A DNA stretch of 64,000 nucleotides from Promethearchaeota archaeon (GCA_048938105.1 JBHLMN010000008.1:1-64000); one strand, 5' to 3'. Shown: positions 39,433 through 50,400, counted from the first letter of the stretch. Numbers and translations: made by a program. The notes: generated by a model not told the origin, from the sequence alone.

Positions 39433-39558
39433 ATGTACTGTCCACGCTGTCGTTCTCAAGGTAAAACAATTAAAATGAGATCATCTAAGCGCAGTTTCCA
39501 TAAAAAAACTAAATGGTTATGTCCTGATTGTGGGCTAGTGAGAATGGAAAAGCGTTGA
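39433..39558 (+). CDS. Small basic zinc-ribbon protein (41 aa)
   Basis: MYCPRC...WLCPDCG with two CxxC pairs; aagga upstream of the ATG. The longer 92-aa ORF start looks spurious. Confidence 0.65.
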   Translation: MYCPRCRSQGKTIKMRSSKRSFHKKTKWLCPDCGLVRMEKR

Positions 39559-39610
39559 ACACTTTTTTGTACACAAAGATAGATAAGAATTTTGAAGGTG
39601 TCAGTAAGGA

Positions 39611-40552
39611 TTGACCATATCTTTAGGTATTTCAATATCTTATTCAAGATTTCTCTCTCAAAAGAAAGCTTCGGAGAAATTCCAAGAAATTAAAGAGAAT
39701 AAAATCAATGCAATTGAGTTCGGATTGTTAAATTGCGTCCTCGGAAAGTCACAGATCCCAGGTACTGTTCCTTATCCTTCTGAAAGTCAAGTAAAAGCAG
39801 CGACGGAAATTGTACCATCTGATCTATATTATTTGTCAATTCATGCGCCTTACCGAATTTCTGCTACTTCTGAGGATCCCAAGAAACTACAGTACTCCAA
39901 ATCGAATATTTCTAAATCCCTATTGATTGCTGATTGGCTTGATGCTCATCATGTCACTTTTCATTGTGGTAGTTTTAAACGTAAACACAATAATGCTCAT
40001 GTTCAAAGAGTCCTTGAGGACTGGGAGGCATGGCGACAACATAAAGGTTATAATGCAAAGATGGCTCCGGAAGTAGGGGGTAAATTTAATGCCTTTGCTG
40101 ATTTCTTCACATTAGTTGAAATAGCTGGAACCATTGATAATTGTCTGATTACATGGGATATTAGTCATGATTTCGCACGTGGAGGTAATATAACAACAGA
40201 AGATGGGATACTTAACCGACTTAGTCTTCTTGATCAGATATTTGCCCTCAATCCTAATAATCGCTTACCCATGCATTTCTCAGGCATGGTGGTTGGGAAA
40301 GCAGGAGAGGCACATCATACACTCTTAGATCATGGAACAGGAGTGCCTTGGAAATTGGTGTTTTCGGTTCTCAAAGAACAGGAATACCTAGGCAAAGTTA
40401 GTTTAATCTGTGAAAGTAAAGTTCCTAAGAATGAGAAGATAAAAGGTAATTCTTTGACAGATGCAATTCGGGCACGAGATTTTCTAGAATCTGATAAATT
40501 GGAAAAGACTTACAAAGGCAAACCAGGCCATCTAGATTATTACTTCAGCTGA
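39611..40552 (+). CDS. nfo: Endonuclease IV-like TIM-barrel protein (archaeal AP endonuclease family 2)
   Basis: SIHAPY, FHCG, PEVGGK, DISH..ARG, HFSG, HH, ICES metal-ligand pattern. Confidence 0.75.
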   Translation: MTISLGISISYSRFLSQKKASEKFQEIKENKINAIEFGLLNCVLGKSQIPGTVPYPSESQVKAATEIVPSDLYYLSIHAPYRISATSEDPKKLQYSKSNISKSLLIADWLDAHHVTFHCGSFKRKHNNAHVQRVLEDWEAWRQHKGYNAKMAPEVGGKFNAFADFFTLVEIAGTIDNCLITWDISHDFARGGNITTEDGILNRLSLLDQIFALNPNNRLPMHFSGMVVGKAGEAHHTLLDHGTGVPWKLVFSVLKEQEYLGKVSLICESKVPKNEKIKGNSLTDAIRARDFLESDKLEKTYKGKPGHLDYYFS

Positions 40553-40697
40553 AAATCAGATGATATCAGCCAAATCCTTAGAGGGAAAGATACTTTAATC
40601 TATTTATAGAAAGTGCGTTTGCGAAATAAAATCATTAAAATTAAGAAATACTATAAAAGTTATAAGAAGAGATCAATCATCACAGTTGGTAATAATA

Positions 40698-41894
40698 ATG
40701 ACCGTCTTCAAAATTCCACAAAGGAGATTCGAATCTCGTCAAGAGAAATTAGTAGAAATTCTTAAAGGGCTTAAATTACAAAGTTTCATAATCATAAGCC
40801 CTACTTCTATATATTATCTTACTGGTTTTGCGATGATTCCCACTGAGCGTCCATTTATACTCGTTTTTAAGGATTCTAGCATCAACTTTTTTGTACCAGA
40901 ATTAGAGAAACAGCATGTTTCAGAAGAAGTTCCAACAGCAGAATATATCGGAAGCTATTTCGAGTATCCTGACGTTATTCATCCTATGACTCATTTCAAA
41001 GATTTTGTTAAAGATGATTTGAAGATTTCTGGTAAATTAGGAGCGGAAGGCGCTGGAGCTAGAGGAATGTGGGGATATCAAGGACCTAAGTTTCAAGAAG
41101 TTCTAAAGATGGATGTCGCTATTCATCCTGATTTAGTAACAAATATGAGGATCATTAAGGATCCCGACGAATTAGCCTGCCTTCATGAATGTGCTCGTTG
41201 GGGGAACTTGGCTCATCAATTACTTCAAGAATATACTGCAATAGGTGAAAACGAAATTGATGTCTCTTTTAAAGCCAGTCATGAAGCTTCCAAGGAAATG
41301 CGTGAGATTCTAGGCCCCGAATATTCCCCTATAGGTTATGGGGGACAACCATGTGGCGCTGGATATCGAGGACAGATAGGTACATACTCTGCTATTCCCC
41401 ATGCTATGACAAGAAATGCAGTATTCCAAAAAGGTGACACTCTAGTGACAGGCGCAAGTGCCAATGTTGCGGGGTACCACTCAGAATTAGAGAGGACAAT
41501 GTTCATGGGAGACCCTAATGAAAAACAGCGTGGGTACTTTGCTGTTATGATGAAAGCTCAACAAGCTGCTTTCGATACATTAGGACCAGAAGTGCCGCTT
41601 TCTAAAGTTGACCAAGCCACTAGAACAGTTTTTAAAGAGGCGGGGGTGATGCACCTAGTACAACATCATACTGGACATTCAATTGGTCTTGAAGGACATG
41701 AACGTCCTTTCTTAGATGTTGGTTTGAACGATATGATAAAACCAGGGATGGTATTCACGGTAGAACCAGGTATTTACGATCGCTCAATTGGCGGATTTCG
41801 TCACTCTGATACAATTGTGATAACTGATGATGGAATAGATATTATTACTGATGAATATTCAAGAGATTTAGAATCACTCATTATTGCCCATTAG
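40698..41894 (+). CDS. Xaa-Pro peptidase / M24 family protein
   Basis: IYYLTGF, MRIIKD..E, GYHSELERT, HHTGHSIGL..HE, TVEPG, RHSD. Confidence 0.9.
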   Translation: MTVFKIPQRRFESRQEKLVEILKGLKLQSFIIISPTSIYYLTGFAMIPTERPFILVFKDSSINFFVPELEKQHVSEEVPTAEYIGSYFEYPDVIHPMTHFKDFVKDDLKISGKLGAEGAGARGMWGYQGPKFQEVLKMDVAIHPDLVTNMRIIKDPDELACLHECARWGNLAHQLLQEYTAIGENEIDVSFKASHEASKEMREILGPEYSPIGYGGQPCGAGYRGQIGTYSAIPHAMTRNAVFQKGDTLVTGASANVAGYHSELERTMFMGDPNEKQRGYFAVMMKAQQAAFDTLGPEVPLSKVDQATRTVFKEAGVMHLVQHHTGHSIGLEGHERPFLDVGLNDMIKPGMVFTVEPGIYDRSIGGFRHSDTIVITDDGIDIITDEYSRDLESLIIAH

Positions 41895-41903
41895 AGGATT
41901 AAA

Positions 41904-42269
41904 ATGGACACAAATCTGAAAAGAGGCGTTGAACTGATCAAACAGGTCGATAATTCAACTGCAATAGTATTTCTACTTAAAGCATTAAAAAAAGATCCGT
42001 CAAATCCAGAAATTTTCCGTCATCTTGGTTTAGCTTATTTTAATCTAGGTAACTTCGATGAAGCTCTCCTACACTGGAAAAAAGCAATCGAGCTAGACCC
42101 AACTCACCATCAAACAATATGGTCCTTAGGTAATCTACATGAGATAGAACACAGATATGATGAAGCTTACCAATGTTATAGCCAAGCAGCAGAAATTGCG
42201 AAACAGGGGTCATATCCCAAGAAAGCTGAACGTTATAGAGAGTGGGCAGCTAGGATTAAGAGGAAGTAA
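41904..42269 (+). CDS. TPR repeat protein
   Basis: LGLAY..LG.FDEA..W.KAIELDP TPR consensus. Confidence 0.85.
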   Translation: MDTNLKRGVELIKQVDNSTAIVFLLKALKKDPSNPEIFRHLGLAYFNLGNFDEALLHWKKAIELDPTHHQTIWSLGNLHEIEHRYDEAYQCYSQAAEIAKQGSYPKKAERYREWAARIKRK

Positions 42270-42362
42270 GAGCGAAAACACCAAATAAAACACTTTTTTG
42301 TATGAGGATAAGCATTTTTTGTTTAATATTCTGTCGAAGAGTTTTTTTCCCTAACAAATAAA

Positions 42363-42370
42363 TTTATAAA
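42363..42370 (+). promoter_or_regulatory. Candidate archaeal TATA box for the RIO-kinase leader transcript
   Basis: TTTATAAA preceded by an A-rich BRE-like run, 26 nt upstream of the ATG at 42397. Confidence 0.5.
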
Positions 42371-42396
42371 CAAAAGACAAAAGATTGGAATCATCA

Positions 42397-42712
42397 ATGG
42401 AACGAGGTGTTTCTTGCAGTGAGATATGAAAATAAAATAATGAGAAATCTTGTTTTAAGTAAAAGCGAGCAAACACCAGTTATTGTCGCTTAAGTCAATA
42501 ACTTTCATAACTCCTTTTGTTTTCGCTTCTTCTTTAACAAGCAGTCTCTTCTGAGTTATTGTGTTGTTTTACAGAGATTACTTGTTAGCTCAAGTTAGTT
42601 AATGAGTGGTCTCTGATATACGTAGTGGGCACTCTCAAAGTCATTATTGCTCAGTGGGCGCTCTAAATAATTCAGGATTCTCATCTCAAGAATAATCTCA
42701 ATTGATAGAAAG
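42397..42712 (+). promoter_or_regulatory. Structured 5' leader with chained uORFs upstream of the RIO kinase (candidate attenuator)
   Basis: uORFs 42397-42429, 42426-42440 and 42440-42493 overlap by ATGA and TAATG; several stems; U-rich tract at 42511-42535. Confidence 0.45.
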
Positions 42713-43690
42713 ATGAAATGGAAGATATCAAATTTGAGTACAGACCGTAATCAAAGACTTGGATTTGGAAGATTTGGAAAAACTGCCCATGGTAGAGAAG
42801 AATCCTATCAGAGTCGAAGGATTAAAACCAAACACCAATTAAAAGAGATTACTATTACTGAAGCTAAGAATCAGCTCTTAGCTACTGGTGAAATTCGTAA
42901 AATACTTTCAGTAATTGGTGGTGGTAAAGAGGCAACAGTCCTTCTTGCTGAAAATAATGAGGAAGAATTAGTATGTGCGAAGGTATTCCGATATTTCACG
43001 AGTACCATAAGAAAACGTCTTCATGGGACTAAACATCTTCTTCCAAGTGATATGGCGATTTTAGCTGCAAAACAGGAATATTGGAATTTATATGAAATGA
43101 ACCTTCATATTCCGGTACCTAAACCACGATTACTTGTCGATAATGTTGTTATCATGGATTTCATTGCTGAAGAGAGAGGATCAATTAGACCAGCCCCGCT
43201 TCTTAGAGAAGTTGATCTAAAGATGTATGATCCTGAAGAGCTTTTCCATGAATCTATTGATATACTTGCTAACTTATTTTTGAAAGGTTATTTCATTCAT
43301 GGAGATTATAGTGAGCATAACTTAATGTTTACACAGGAAGGTACTCTTATCACAATGGACGTTTCTCAATCAGTTCAATTTAACACTAAGACTTTTATAA
43401 ATACCCCTTTGAGAATTAGAATTGACAGGGCCGTTGAATTCCTCAAAATTGATATAGAAAATATTAATCGCTTTTTCAGGAGAACCTACCATATAGCTAT
43501 TGATCCTAGTGAAGTAATCGAAGCCATCATTAATGAATTACCCCAGAATTTACAAAATTTCTTAAATGAAAAGACTTTGGAAATTTATCCTTCTGCTATG
43601 TATTCTTCTGAAATGTATTTAGGGAAAGAAGGATATCGGGATGAGTTAGTATTTCAAAGGACAGGTACAAGTCGTCAACGACCAAAATAG
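42713..43690 (+). CDS. rio1: RIO-family atypical Ser/Thr kinase/ATPase
   Basis: GGGKEATV, AKVFR, VPKP, MDFI, IHGDYSEHN, MDVSQ, D..NINRFF. Confidence 0.85.
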   Translation: MKWKISNLSTDRNQRLGFGRFGKTAHGREESYQSRRIKTKHQLKEITITEAKNQLLATGEIRKILSVIGGGKEATVLLAENNEEELVCAKVFRYFTSTIRKRLHGTKHLLPSDMAILAAKQEYWNLYEMNLHIPVPKPRLLVDNVVIMDFIAEERGSIRPAPLLREVDLKMYDPEELFHESIDILANLFLKGYFIHGDYSEHNLMFTQEGTLITMDVSQSVQFNTKTFINTPLRIRIDRAVEFLKIDIENINRFFRRTYHIAIDPSEVIEAIINELPQNLQNFLNEKTLEIYPSAMYSSEMYLGKEGYRDELVFQRTGTSRQRPK

Positions 43691-43722
43691 CAATATTGAG
43701 AAAGAATCGGTGAACATAAGTA

Positions 43723-43941
43723 TTGAAATTTCATGAGAAAGGGGTTGAAAAATTAGAGGAAACAGATAGCTATATTTCTAACCAGATTTCTATTATTTTT
43801 AATTTGAAAAGGAAAAATATTTTATCTGATCAACCACACATTGAACCTTTAAGTAGAATAGAAGAGAATGAAATGAACATGTACATCGTTAAGGCTCAGG
43901 AAATTGTGACAAAGTGGAATGAGGGATTGGAAAACGATTAG
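43723..43941 (+). CDS. Short hypothetical protein or gene remnant
   Basis: 72-aa TTG-start ORF filling the gap between co-oriented genes; no motif recognised. Confidence 0.3.
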   Translation: MKFHEKGVEKLEETDSYISNQISIIFNLKRKNILSDQPHIEPLSRIEENEMNMYIVKAQEIVTKWNEGLEND

Positions 43942-43968
43942 TACAAAGAATAGGAGAAGAAGAAGAGA

Positions 43969-44799
43969 ATGAAATTCAATAAAATTGACGAACACCTTAT
44001 TTGGACGGATGTTGGTTATGGAAATAGTGTAGTAATAGACCTAGGAAAAAAAGTGTTTGTGATAGATTCTATGTTTAACTGGGAGTTAGCAACAGAATGG
44101 CGAAGCCTTGTTGAACAAAATTTTTGTAAACCCATATCAGGATTGATACTTACACATCATCATGCTGATCATACCTTTGGAAACCAAGTATTTTCGGATT
44201 TACCTATCATTTCAAGTCTTGAAATTCGAGATATGACAAAGGAATTTGAAGAAGAAGTGTGGATGAAAGAAACACAAGAGGATCTTGCTGAATGGGAAGC
44301 AGGGGGATATGGTGTAAAAAACCTACAGCTCACACATTCAAATCTCTGTTTTGAGAAAAAGCTTTATTTGTATGGAGAAAGAAAATTGGAGCTTATTCAA
44401 GCCAATGGTCACACTAGTGGTAGTACTTATTTATGGGAACCTGAAACTAGGACGCTAATTGCTGGTGATTTGGTTTTCAACAAACAATTTCCTTATGGGG
44501 GAGATGAAACATGTGATATAGTAGTATGGCAAAAGGTTATTGAGAATCTAATTGCTCTAGAACCAGAAATTATCATCAGTGGTCATGGGCCAGTCGCGAC
44601 TATCAAGGATCTTGAAGAAATTAATGAGTTTTTCTTGAGGAGTATTGATTTTATAAAAAATAAGCTAGAGGAAGGATTAGATTTACAAGAAATTACGGAG
44701 GATCCACATTTTCCCGAATACTATTCTCTTGATCGTCTTGAAAGGAAAAAAGTATCAATTGAAAGATGGATGCAGTTTTTTCAAGAAGAGAAAGGATAG
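43969..44799 (+). CDS. MBL-fold metallo-hydrolase (cyclase/glyoxalase II-like)
   Basis: THHHADH, GHT, AGDL, SGHG. Confidence 0.9.
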   Translation: MKFNKIDEHLIWTDVGYGNSVVIDLGKKVFVIDSMFNWELATEWRSLVEQNFCKPISGLILTHHHADHTFGNQVFSDLPIISSLEIRDMTKEFEEEVWMKETQEDLAEWEAGGYGVKNLQLTHSNLCFEKKLYLYGERKLELIQANGHTSGSTYLWEPETRTLIAGDLVFNKQFPYGGDETCDIVVWQKVIENLIALEPEIIISGHGPVATIKDLEEINEFFLRSIDFIKNKLEEGLDLQEITEDPHFPEYYSLDRLERKKVSIERWMQFFQEEKG

Positions 44800-44831
44800 G
44801 ATTACATTCCCCCCTGGAGTAGAATAATGAA

Positions 44832-45662
44832 ATGATTGAGCTTGAAATGAATAATTTTGACGAAATTCGATCTCTTTTTTCTTGTTCGGATCATCTTCGT
44901 TTTACTATTGATGCCGTTATTGCTGGAAATAGTCCTGGAAGAATCTGGGTAGATAATCACAACAAACCCACTGTTGCACTTCTTTGGGATACCTATCATT
45001 GTTATTATCTTGGGGGAACTGCAAATAATGATCAATTCAATGTTGATCTAAAGGAACTGCTATTTGATGAAATAATTCCTGTAGTAATTGAAAAAAATAG
45101 GGAGATTTACAAAGTAGAGTATTCATATAAGGAATGGGAGCCCATCCTTGAGAAAATTCTTGAAACCAAATTCCCTGTAAAGGTAGCTCGTAAATTTTTC
45201 ATCTTGGATACCCTATTAACTCGTCAATGGAAAGAGATTCTTCCTTCAAACTTTAAGGTGAGAAAAATCGATAAGAATCTTTTTGAAAGTGATATTCGAT
45301 ATATTGAAAGAATAAGGGATGAGATAAACGAATGTTGGTATTCTGTTGATGATTTCTTAGCGAGAGGATTTGGTTTCTGTTTGATTTATAGTTCGAAAGA
45401 GATGGAGGAAGTTCAAGGTTGGTGTACAGGGGAATACTTCAGTGAAGGAAAGTGTGGGATTGGTATAGAAACCTTTCAAGGCTATCGAAGAAGAGGTTTT
45501 GCCACAGCTATGGCTTCAGCTTTTGTGGAACATAGTTTATCTATCAATATTCAACCTTATTGGGATGCATCTGCAGATAACCATGCATCGGTACGTGTGG
45601 CTGAAAAAGTGGGTTTTAAGCAAATTCAGGACTATTATGTGTTATTTGGGACTTTTAAATAA
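44832..45662 (+). CDS. GNAT family N-acetyltransferase
   Basis: GFGFC, IGIET...YRRRGFA, PYWD..DN.AS.RVAEKVGF. Confidence 0.85.
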   Translation: MIELEMNNFDEIRSLFSCSDHLRFTIDAVIAGNSPGRIWVDNHNKPTVALLWDTYHCYYLGGTANNDQFNVDLKELLFDEIIPVVIEKNREIYKVEYSYKEWEPILEKILETKFPVKVARKFFILDTLLTRQWKEILPSNFKVRKIDKNLFESDIRYIERIRDEINECWYSVDDFLARGFGFCLIYSSKEMEEVQGWCTGEYFSEGKCGIGIETFQGYRRRGFATAMASAFVEHSLSINIQPYWDASADNHASVRVAEKVGFKQIQDYYVLFGTFK

Positions 45663-45668
45663 GCTCAA

Positions 45669-46409
45669 TTATCTTTTTTTTCCCACTGTCAAGATGTATA
45701 TCACAAACTGCTTTTCTCCATCAAGATCAAGGATATTGTTTAATTCTTTGTCCTCAAAAGCAGCAATTGCACAAACACCACAGCCAATATTCTCGGCTGC
45801 TAGGTACAGGTTTTGACCGACATGTCCTGCATCAATGTGCAAGTATCGGTATCCTCTCACTCCATATCTCCATGTCATCCTTTCTACAATTGCTACTAAG
45901 AGAAAAGTAACCCCACATGTTTTTACTTGTGATTGATCGAGAGCTGCATTTGTTATCTTTTCTGCAATGTTTTCTTCTAAATTTAATGGAACAAGCTTAT
46001 GGTCAATGGCCAGAAATCTGTAGAGACCTTGTTGCAGTCCGTCAACTCTATTCACTAATAGATAAGTTTCAAAAGCATGACGGGCTCCAGCAGAGGGAAC
46101 TGTGCGGAGAGTAGCCCTGGATCCCATTATCTCCTTAACTCCCTGAGTACACCAAAGCAACCATGATAATTCTATCAAAGAAAGCGAATGATCAGAATAT
46201 TTTCGTACACTCTTACGAGCTTCTATTACTTCTCGTAAGCTTATAGCCATAATTTCTAATTCTTGTGGTTTTGGTAAATCGATTACTTGTTTTGATAAAT
46301 CATAATCTAACTCTAATGGTGGCTGGGAAAGTCCTTTGCTTTGAGCCGACGGCCCCATAAATTCATACTGGGTTTTCTTCATAAATTCTTGACCAATTTT
46401 CTCAGACAT
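45669..46409 (-). CDS. SagB/ThcOx-family nitroreductase-like dehydrogenase
   Basis: RKSVRKY, LLWCTQG, RTVPSAGARH, YRY..IDAGHVGQNLYL; start set at MSEKIG. Confidence 0.9.
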   Translation of the reverse strand: MSEKIGQEFMKKTQYEFMGPSAQSKGLSQPPLELDYDLSKQVIDLPKPQELEIMAISLREVIEARKSVRKYSDHSLSLIELSWLLWCTQGVKEIMGSRATLRTVPSAGARHAFETYLLVNRVDGLQQGLYRFLAIDHKLVPLNLEENIAEKITNAALDQSQVKTCGVTFLLVAIVERMTWRYGVRGYRYLHIDAGHVGQNLYLAAENIGCGVCAIAAFEDKELNNILDLDGEKQFVIYILTVGKKR

Positions 46410-46790
46410 TAGTAGCCCTCTAATTTTATTTTGTAATCCTTCTTTCAATGTCGTGTTATTAAATGGGAATAAGAACCTTATTATATTTGATTTGTGAATT
46501 ATCAAAAACAGCTTGAGGATTTACTAATAATTCATTTAAAAGAAAATGATTTGAGAAATAAGAAGAGCTATACAAGAAATTTTATGAATCTAATCTATCG
46601 CAGCTTAAAGTGAAAGAAAGGGGTTGGATTCGACTTTCATAATCGAATGACCGAGACATAATAAATAAAAGAATGTCATTTGATAGTTATTGATAGGGAG
46701 AGAAATCGGTCAATTTAAAATTAAGAGATCAGAATATTTGCCCCTATCTAAGGATTTAAAAATTCAAATCATCTTTTAATTGATCAATGC

Positions 46791-47378
46791 GTGATGAAAA
46801 TGAGAAGGTTTTCCATAATTCTCATACTGGTAACAGTTGCTAGTCTTTTAATAGTTGGGTTTGTCATTTTTTGGGTATTTAACCTTGAAGGAAAAGATAC
46901 TTCTTTTAGAATAACAAGTCCAGCATTTAGTAATGGAACATACATTCCTGATGAATTCACGTGTCATGGATCAGATATAAATCCAGAATTAAATATACTT
47001 AATACACCAAATGGAACAATAACTTTAGCATTGATAATGGATGACCCAGATGCTCAGGATATTCCATGGGTGAGTCGTATTTGGATTCATTGGGTTGTTT
47101 GGAATATCCCTTCCTCAACTGAAGTAATTCCTGAAGGAGACCTTCCTGAAGGTGCTATTCAAGGCCTTAATAGTTGGAGTAGTAATGATTATGGTGGACC
47201 TTGTCCCCCTGCATGGCGTGATCATAGATATTTTTTCAAAGTTTATGCCTTGGATATCGAATTAAACCTTCCTGCTAATTCGACTGGAAAGGGCAGCCTT
47301 TTAGCTGCAATGGAAGGGCATATTATTGATCAAGCTGTATTAATGGGACGTTTCGCAGGCGATGAGGTTAATACCTAA
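46791..47378 (+). CDS. YbhB/YbcL (PEBP/Raf kinase inhibitor-like) protein with N-terminal TM
   Basis: ITSPAF, DDPDA, WIHW, YGGPCPP, HRYFF. Confidence 0.9.
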   Translation: MMKMRRFSIILILVTVASLLIVGFVIFWVFNLEGKDTSFRITSPAFSNGTYIPDEFTCHGSDINPELNILNTPNGTITLALIMDDPDAQDIPWVSRIWIHWVVWNIPSSTEVIPEGDLPEGAIQGLNSWSSNDYGGPCPPAWRDHRYFFKVYALDIELNLPANSTGKGSLLAAMEGHIIDQAVLMGRFAGDEVNT

Positions 47379-47430
47379 TAGTTGTTTGATTCGGTATTAA
47401 TTGAGAATCATAAAAAAAAGAAGGGGGAAT

Positions 47431-50400
47431 TTATCTCTGGTGTCTTCTTAATGTTATTAGGATGGCTGCACTGAGTAATGGGATGATCATGAACCCTGGA
47501 GACACTTCTGGTACTGATTCTGATGTATCTGTTCCCGTTGTCGTAGTTTCTGTGGTTTTTGTTTTGGCAGGCTGCGATGTTGTTGGAGTAGTAGGTGGTA
47601 CTGATGTTGTTGTAGGTGGTACTGATGTCGTTGTGGGTGGTACTGATGTTGTTGTGGGTGGTACTGATGTTGTTGTCGTGGGAGGCACTGTAGTTGTAGG
47701 TGGTGTTGTGGTGCTGATGGTGGTAGTGGTGGTAACTATATATTCTGAAGTAAAGGATAATTCACTGGAAAAAGCCGAATTACCAACCATATCCTCTGCA
47801 TAGACCTTAACAATTACTGTGGTTCCTTCCTCAAAGGTGGGTAAGTCTAAAGCGAAATTATTATCGGTAATAAAATTCATCTTAGACACTATCCAGCTAT
47901 TCCCAAAGTCAGTACTATAGTGAGTTTCAACCCTTAAGAGGCCAGAATCTACATCTTCAACATCAGTAGATACAATTACAATAGTAGTCGGATCAATGTT
48001 AGCAGTTGGTGTAATCCATACATTCATTATATTTGGTGCCGTACTATCAGATAGGATAGTAAAGAAATAGGTCATAGAAGTATAAGTAAAACCGGCTTTA
48101 TCAACTACCTTTATGTAAAATTTAACTAATGATCCGATAGCAAAAGGACCAATTATAGATTCGAAATCTGAGTATCCTATTTGCGTTACAGCGGCTGAAA
48201 CTTCAGGAGTACTATCCACTGAGTAGAAAACTTCTACAGACTCAAGTTCAAGTAACGATTGTCCCCAATCCAGAACAGAGAATGTCAGATGTAAATCTTG
48301 GTTGTTATATAAGTGAGTTCCATCGTAAAGATTGTGGTGAATAGAGACGATTTCAGGAGGGTATATATCATCAACCCATACTTCGTCAAAGTATCTGTTA
48401 GCTGATGGATGAGTCCAATTGAGCATGTTATTAACTAAAGTGATTGTTTGAAGATCTACTCTAAAGTTCTCAGTGACTTTACCAAACATATTCTTGTAAT
48501 CAGCAAAGATGGCTTCCCCAGAGAAGATTGCCTTGGACATACCATTTGGTCCAGTATGCCATTCAGCAGCTAGTAGTGTGTAGGATCCTCCAACAAGGGG
48601 AGGATAACCTTCCCAAACATTGTCTGCATCGTGATCCTGATCCATAATAGTACCTGATCCCGAAGTGTTCCAGATCCAATCAGTATAGGGGAGATCTTCC
48701 CAATTAGGCATATCATTAATACCATCGGTAGTACCATTATAAGGCACCACGGGGCATGGGGCATGGAATAGTCCATACTTTACTTCTGAAATGTCGAAAG
48801 CTGTCCAATCTGGGTTGGTTGTGTTTGCAATGATACGATGAATAGCACCATCATTGCTACAATTATCCATAAGGCAATCATCTTGAAGAATAATGTGTAA
48901 TCCCAATTCAACTGCGAGAATGTTCATATCAAAAGGATTATACAAGGCATCATAATCCGAATCGCCTGCAAACCAAATAGCGTGGTCACCCGAATGCCAC
49001 CACATCTTTATTAATGTCCTCTCGCTTTCCGTGAGATATTTTGGTGCATTAAGAATCAAGATATCAGTTACTTCTAAAATAATCCCATTAAGATAATTAG
49101 TGGCAATGACGTTATATCCCCAAGCGGACGCATTCGCAGTGAATCCCTCTATAGCTGTATGATAAGCTTCATTACCATTAAAGACCACGATGTTCGGACC
49201 ACGACCCGTAAATCCTGATGGATCTACAATCCACTTAAACATCCTTTCAATAAGGGTAATCGTGGTGAGTTGAGCAAAACCATTCGCGGAAACCTTACCA
49301 AACATGTTTTTATAGTCGGAAAAGATAGCTTCCCCAGAGAAAATCGCCTTGGATTTATTATTTGGTCCAGTATGCCATTCAGCCGCAAGGAGGGAAATTG
49401 ATCCATTAGTGAGGGGAGGAATAAATTCCCAAGTGTTGTCTCCATCAAAGTCTTGGTCAAGGACTTTACCAAACCGAGAGGTGTTCCAAATCCAATCAGC
49501 ATAAGGAAGGTCGTCCCAAGAAGGCATACCATTTATTCCATCAGTAGTACCATTATAAGGCACCACGGGGCATGGGGCATGGAAGGAGCCATTATAAATA
49601 CCTGTTAAATCGAATTGTGTCCAGCTAGGATTGGTTTCATTAGCTATAACACGGTAGCTAGCATCATCATTGTGGATAGGATCTTCAATGGCATCATCTT
49701 GGAGAATGATATGTAATCCAAGCTCCACGGAGAGATTGTTCATAGCTGAAGGAATATAGATACCACCATAATCAGAATCCCCTGTAAACCAAATAGCATG
49801 ATCTCCAGAGTTCCACCATTTTATGATATATCCTTTTTCTTCCTCGGATATAGTCTTTTGTGCGTTGAGAAGCAGGATATCAGTCATTACTAAAGAATCA
49901 TGGGTTAGAGTTGTGATATCATGGACAAAATAGCCCCATTCTGTAGCGTTTGTCTTAAATCCTTCTATTGAAGTGTGGTCTGCTCCATTTCCATTCCATA
50001 CAGTAATTATGTAATTCCTTGGTATTAATTCAACATCAATAGGGGTATTATCAACTGCCCATGTGATCATTCTTTGAATGAGGGTAATTGTGGAGAGTTG
50101 AGTAAGACCTGTTACGGAAATATAGCTAAACATATTCTTGTAATCAGCAAAGATGGCTTCCCCAGAGAAGATTGCCTTGGATTTATTATTTGGTCCCGTA
50201 TGCCATTCGGCAGCAAGGAGAGGGAAGGATCCATTTGTGAAGGGAGGAATATATTCCCATTTGTTGTCTCCATCAAAGTCTTGGTCAAGGACTTTACCAA
50301 ACCGAGAGGTGTTCCAAATCCAATCAGCATAAGGAAGGTCATCCCAAGAAGGCATATCATTAATTCCATCAGTGGTGCCATTATAAGGCACGACGGGGCA

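Noticed and set aside
45669-46409. RiPP (azole) biosynthesis cluster around the SagB-like gene
   Set aside because: No YcaO or precursor peptide nearby; stand-alone SagB-type nitroreductases are common.
46618-46650. ggggttggattcgac resembling a tRNA T-arm or tmRNA 5' end
   Set aside because: No cloverleaf, acceptor stem or matching 3' end could be built.
47462-47803. Val/Gly-rich plus-strand ORF and the many other short ORFs nested in long genes
   Set aside because: Antisense or off-frame shadows of real genes (here the Pro/Thr linker), with no independent motifs.
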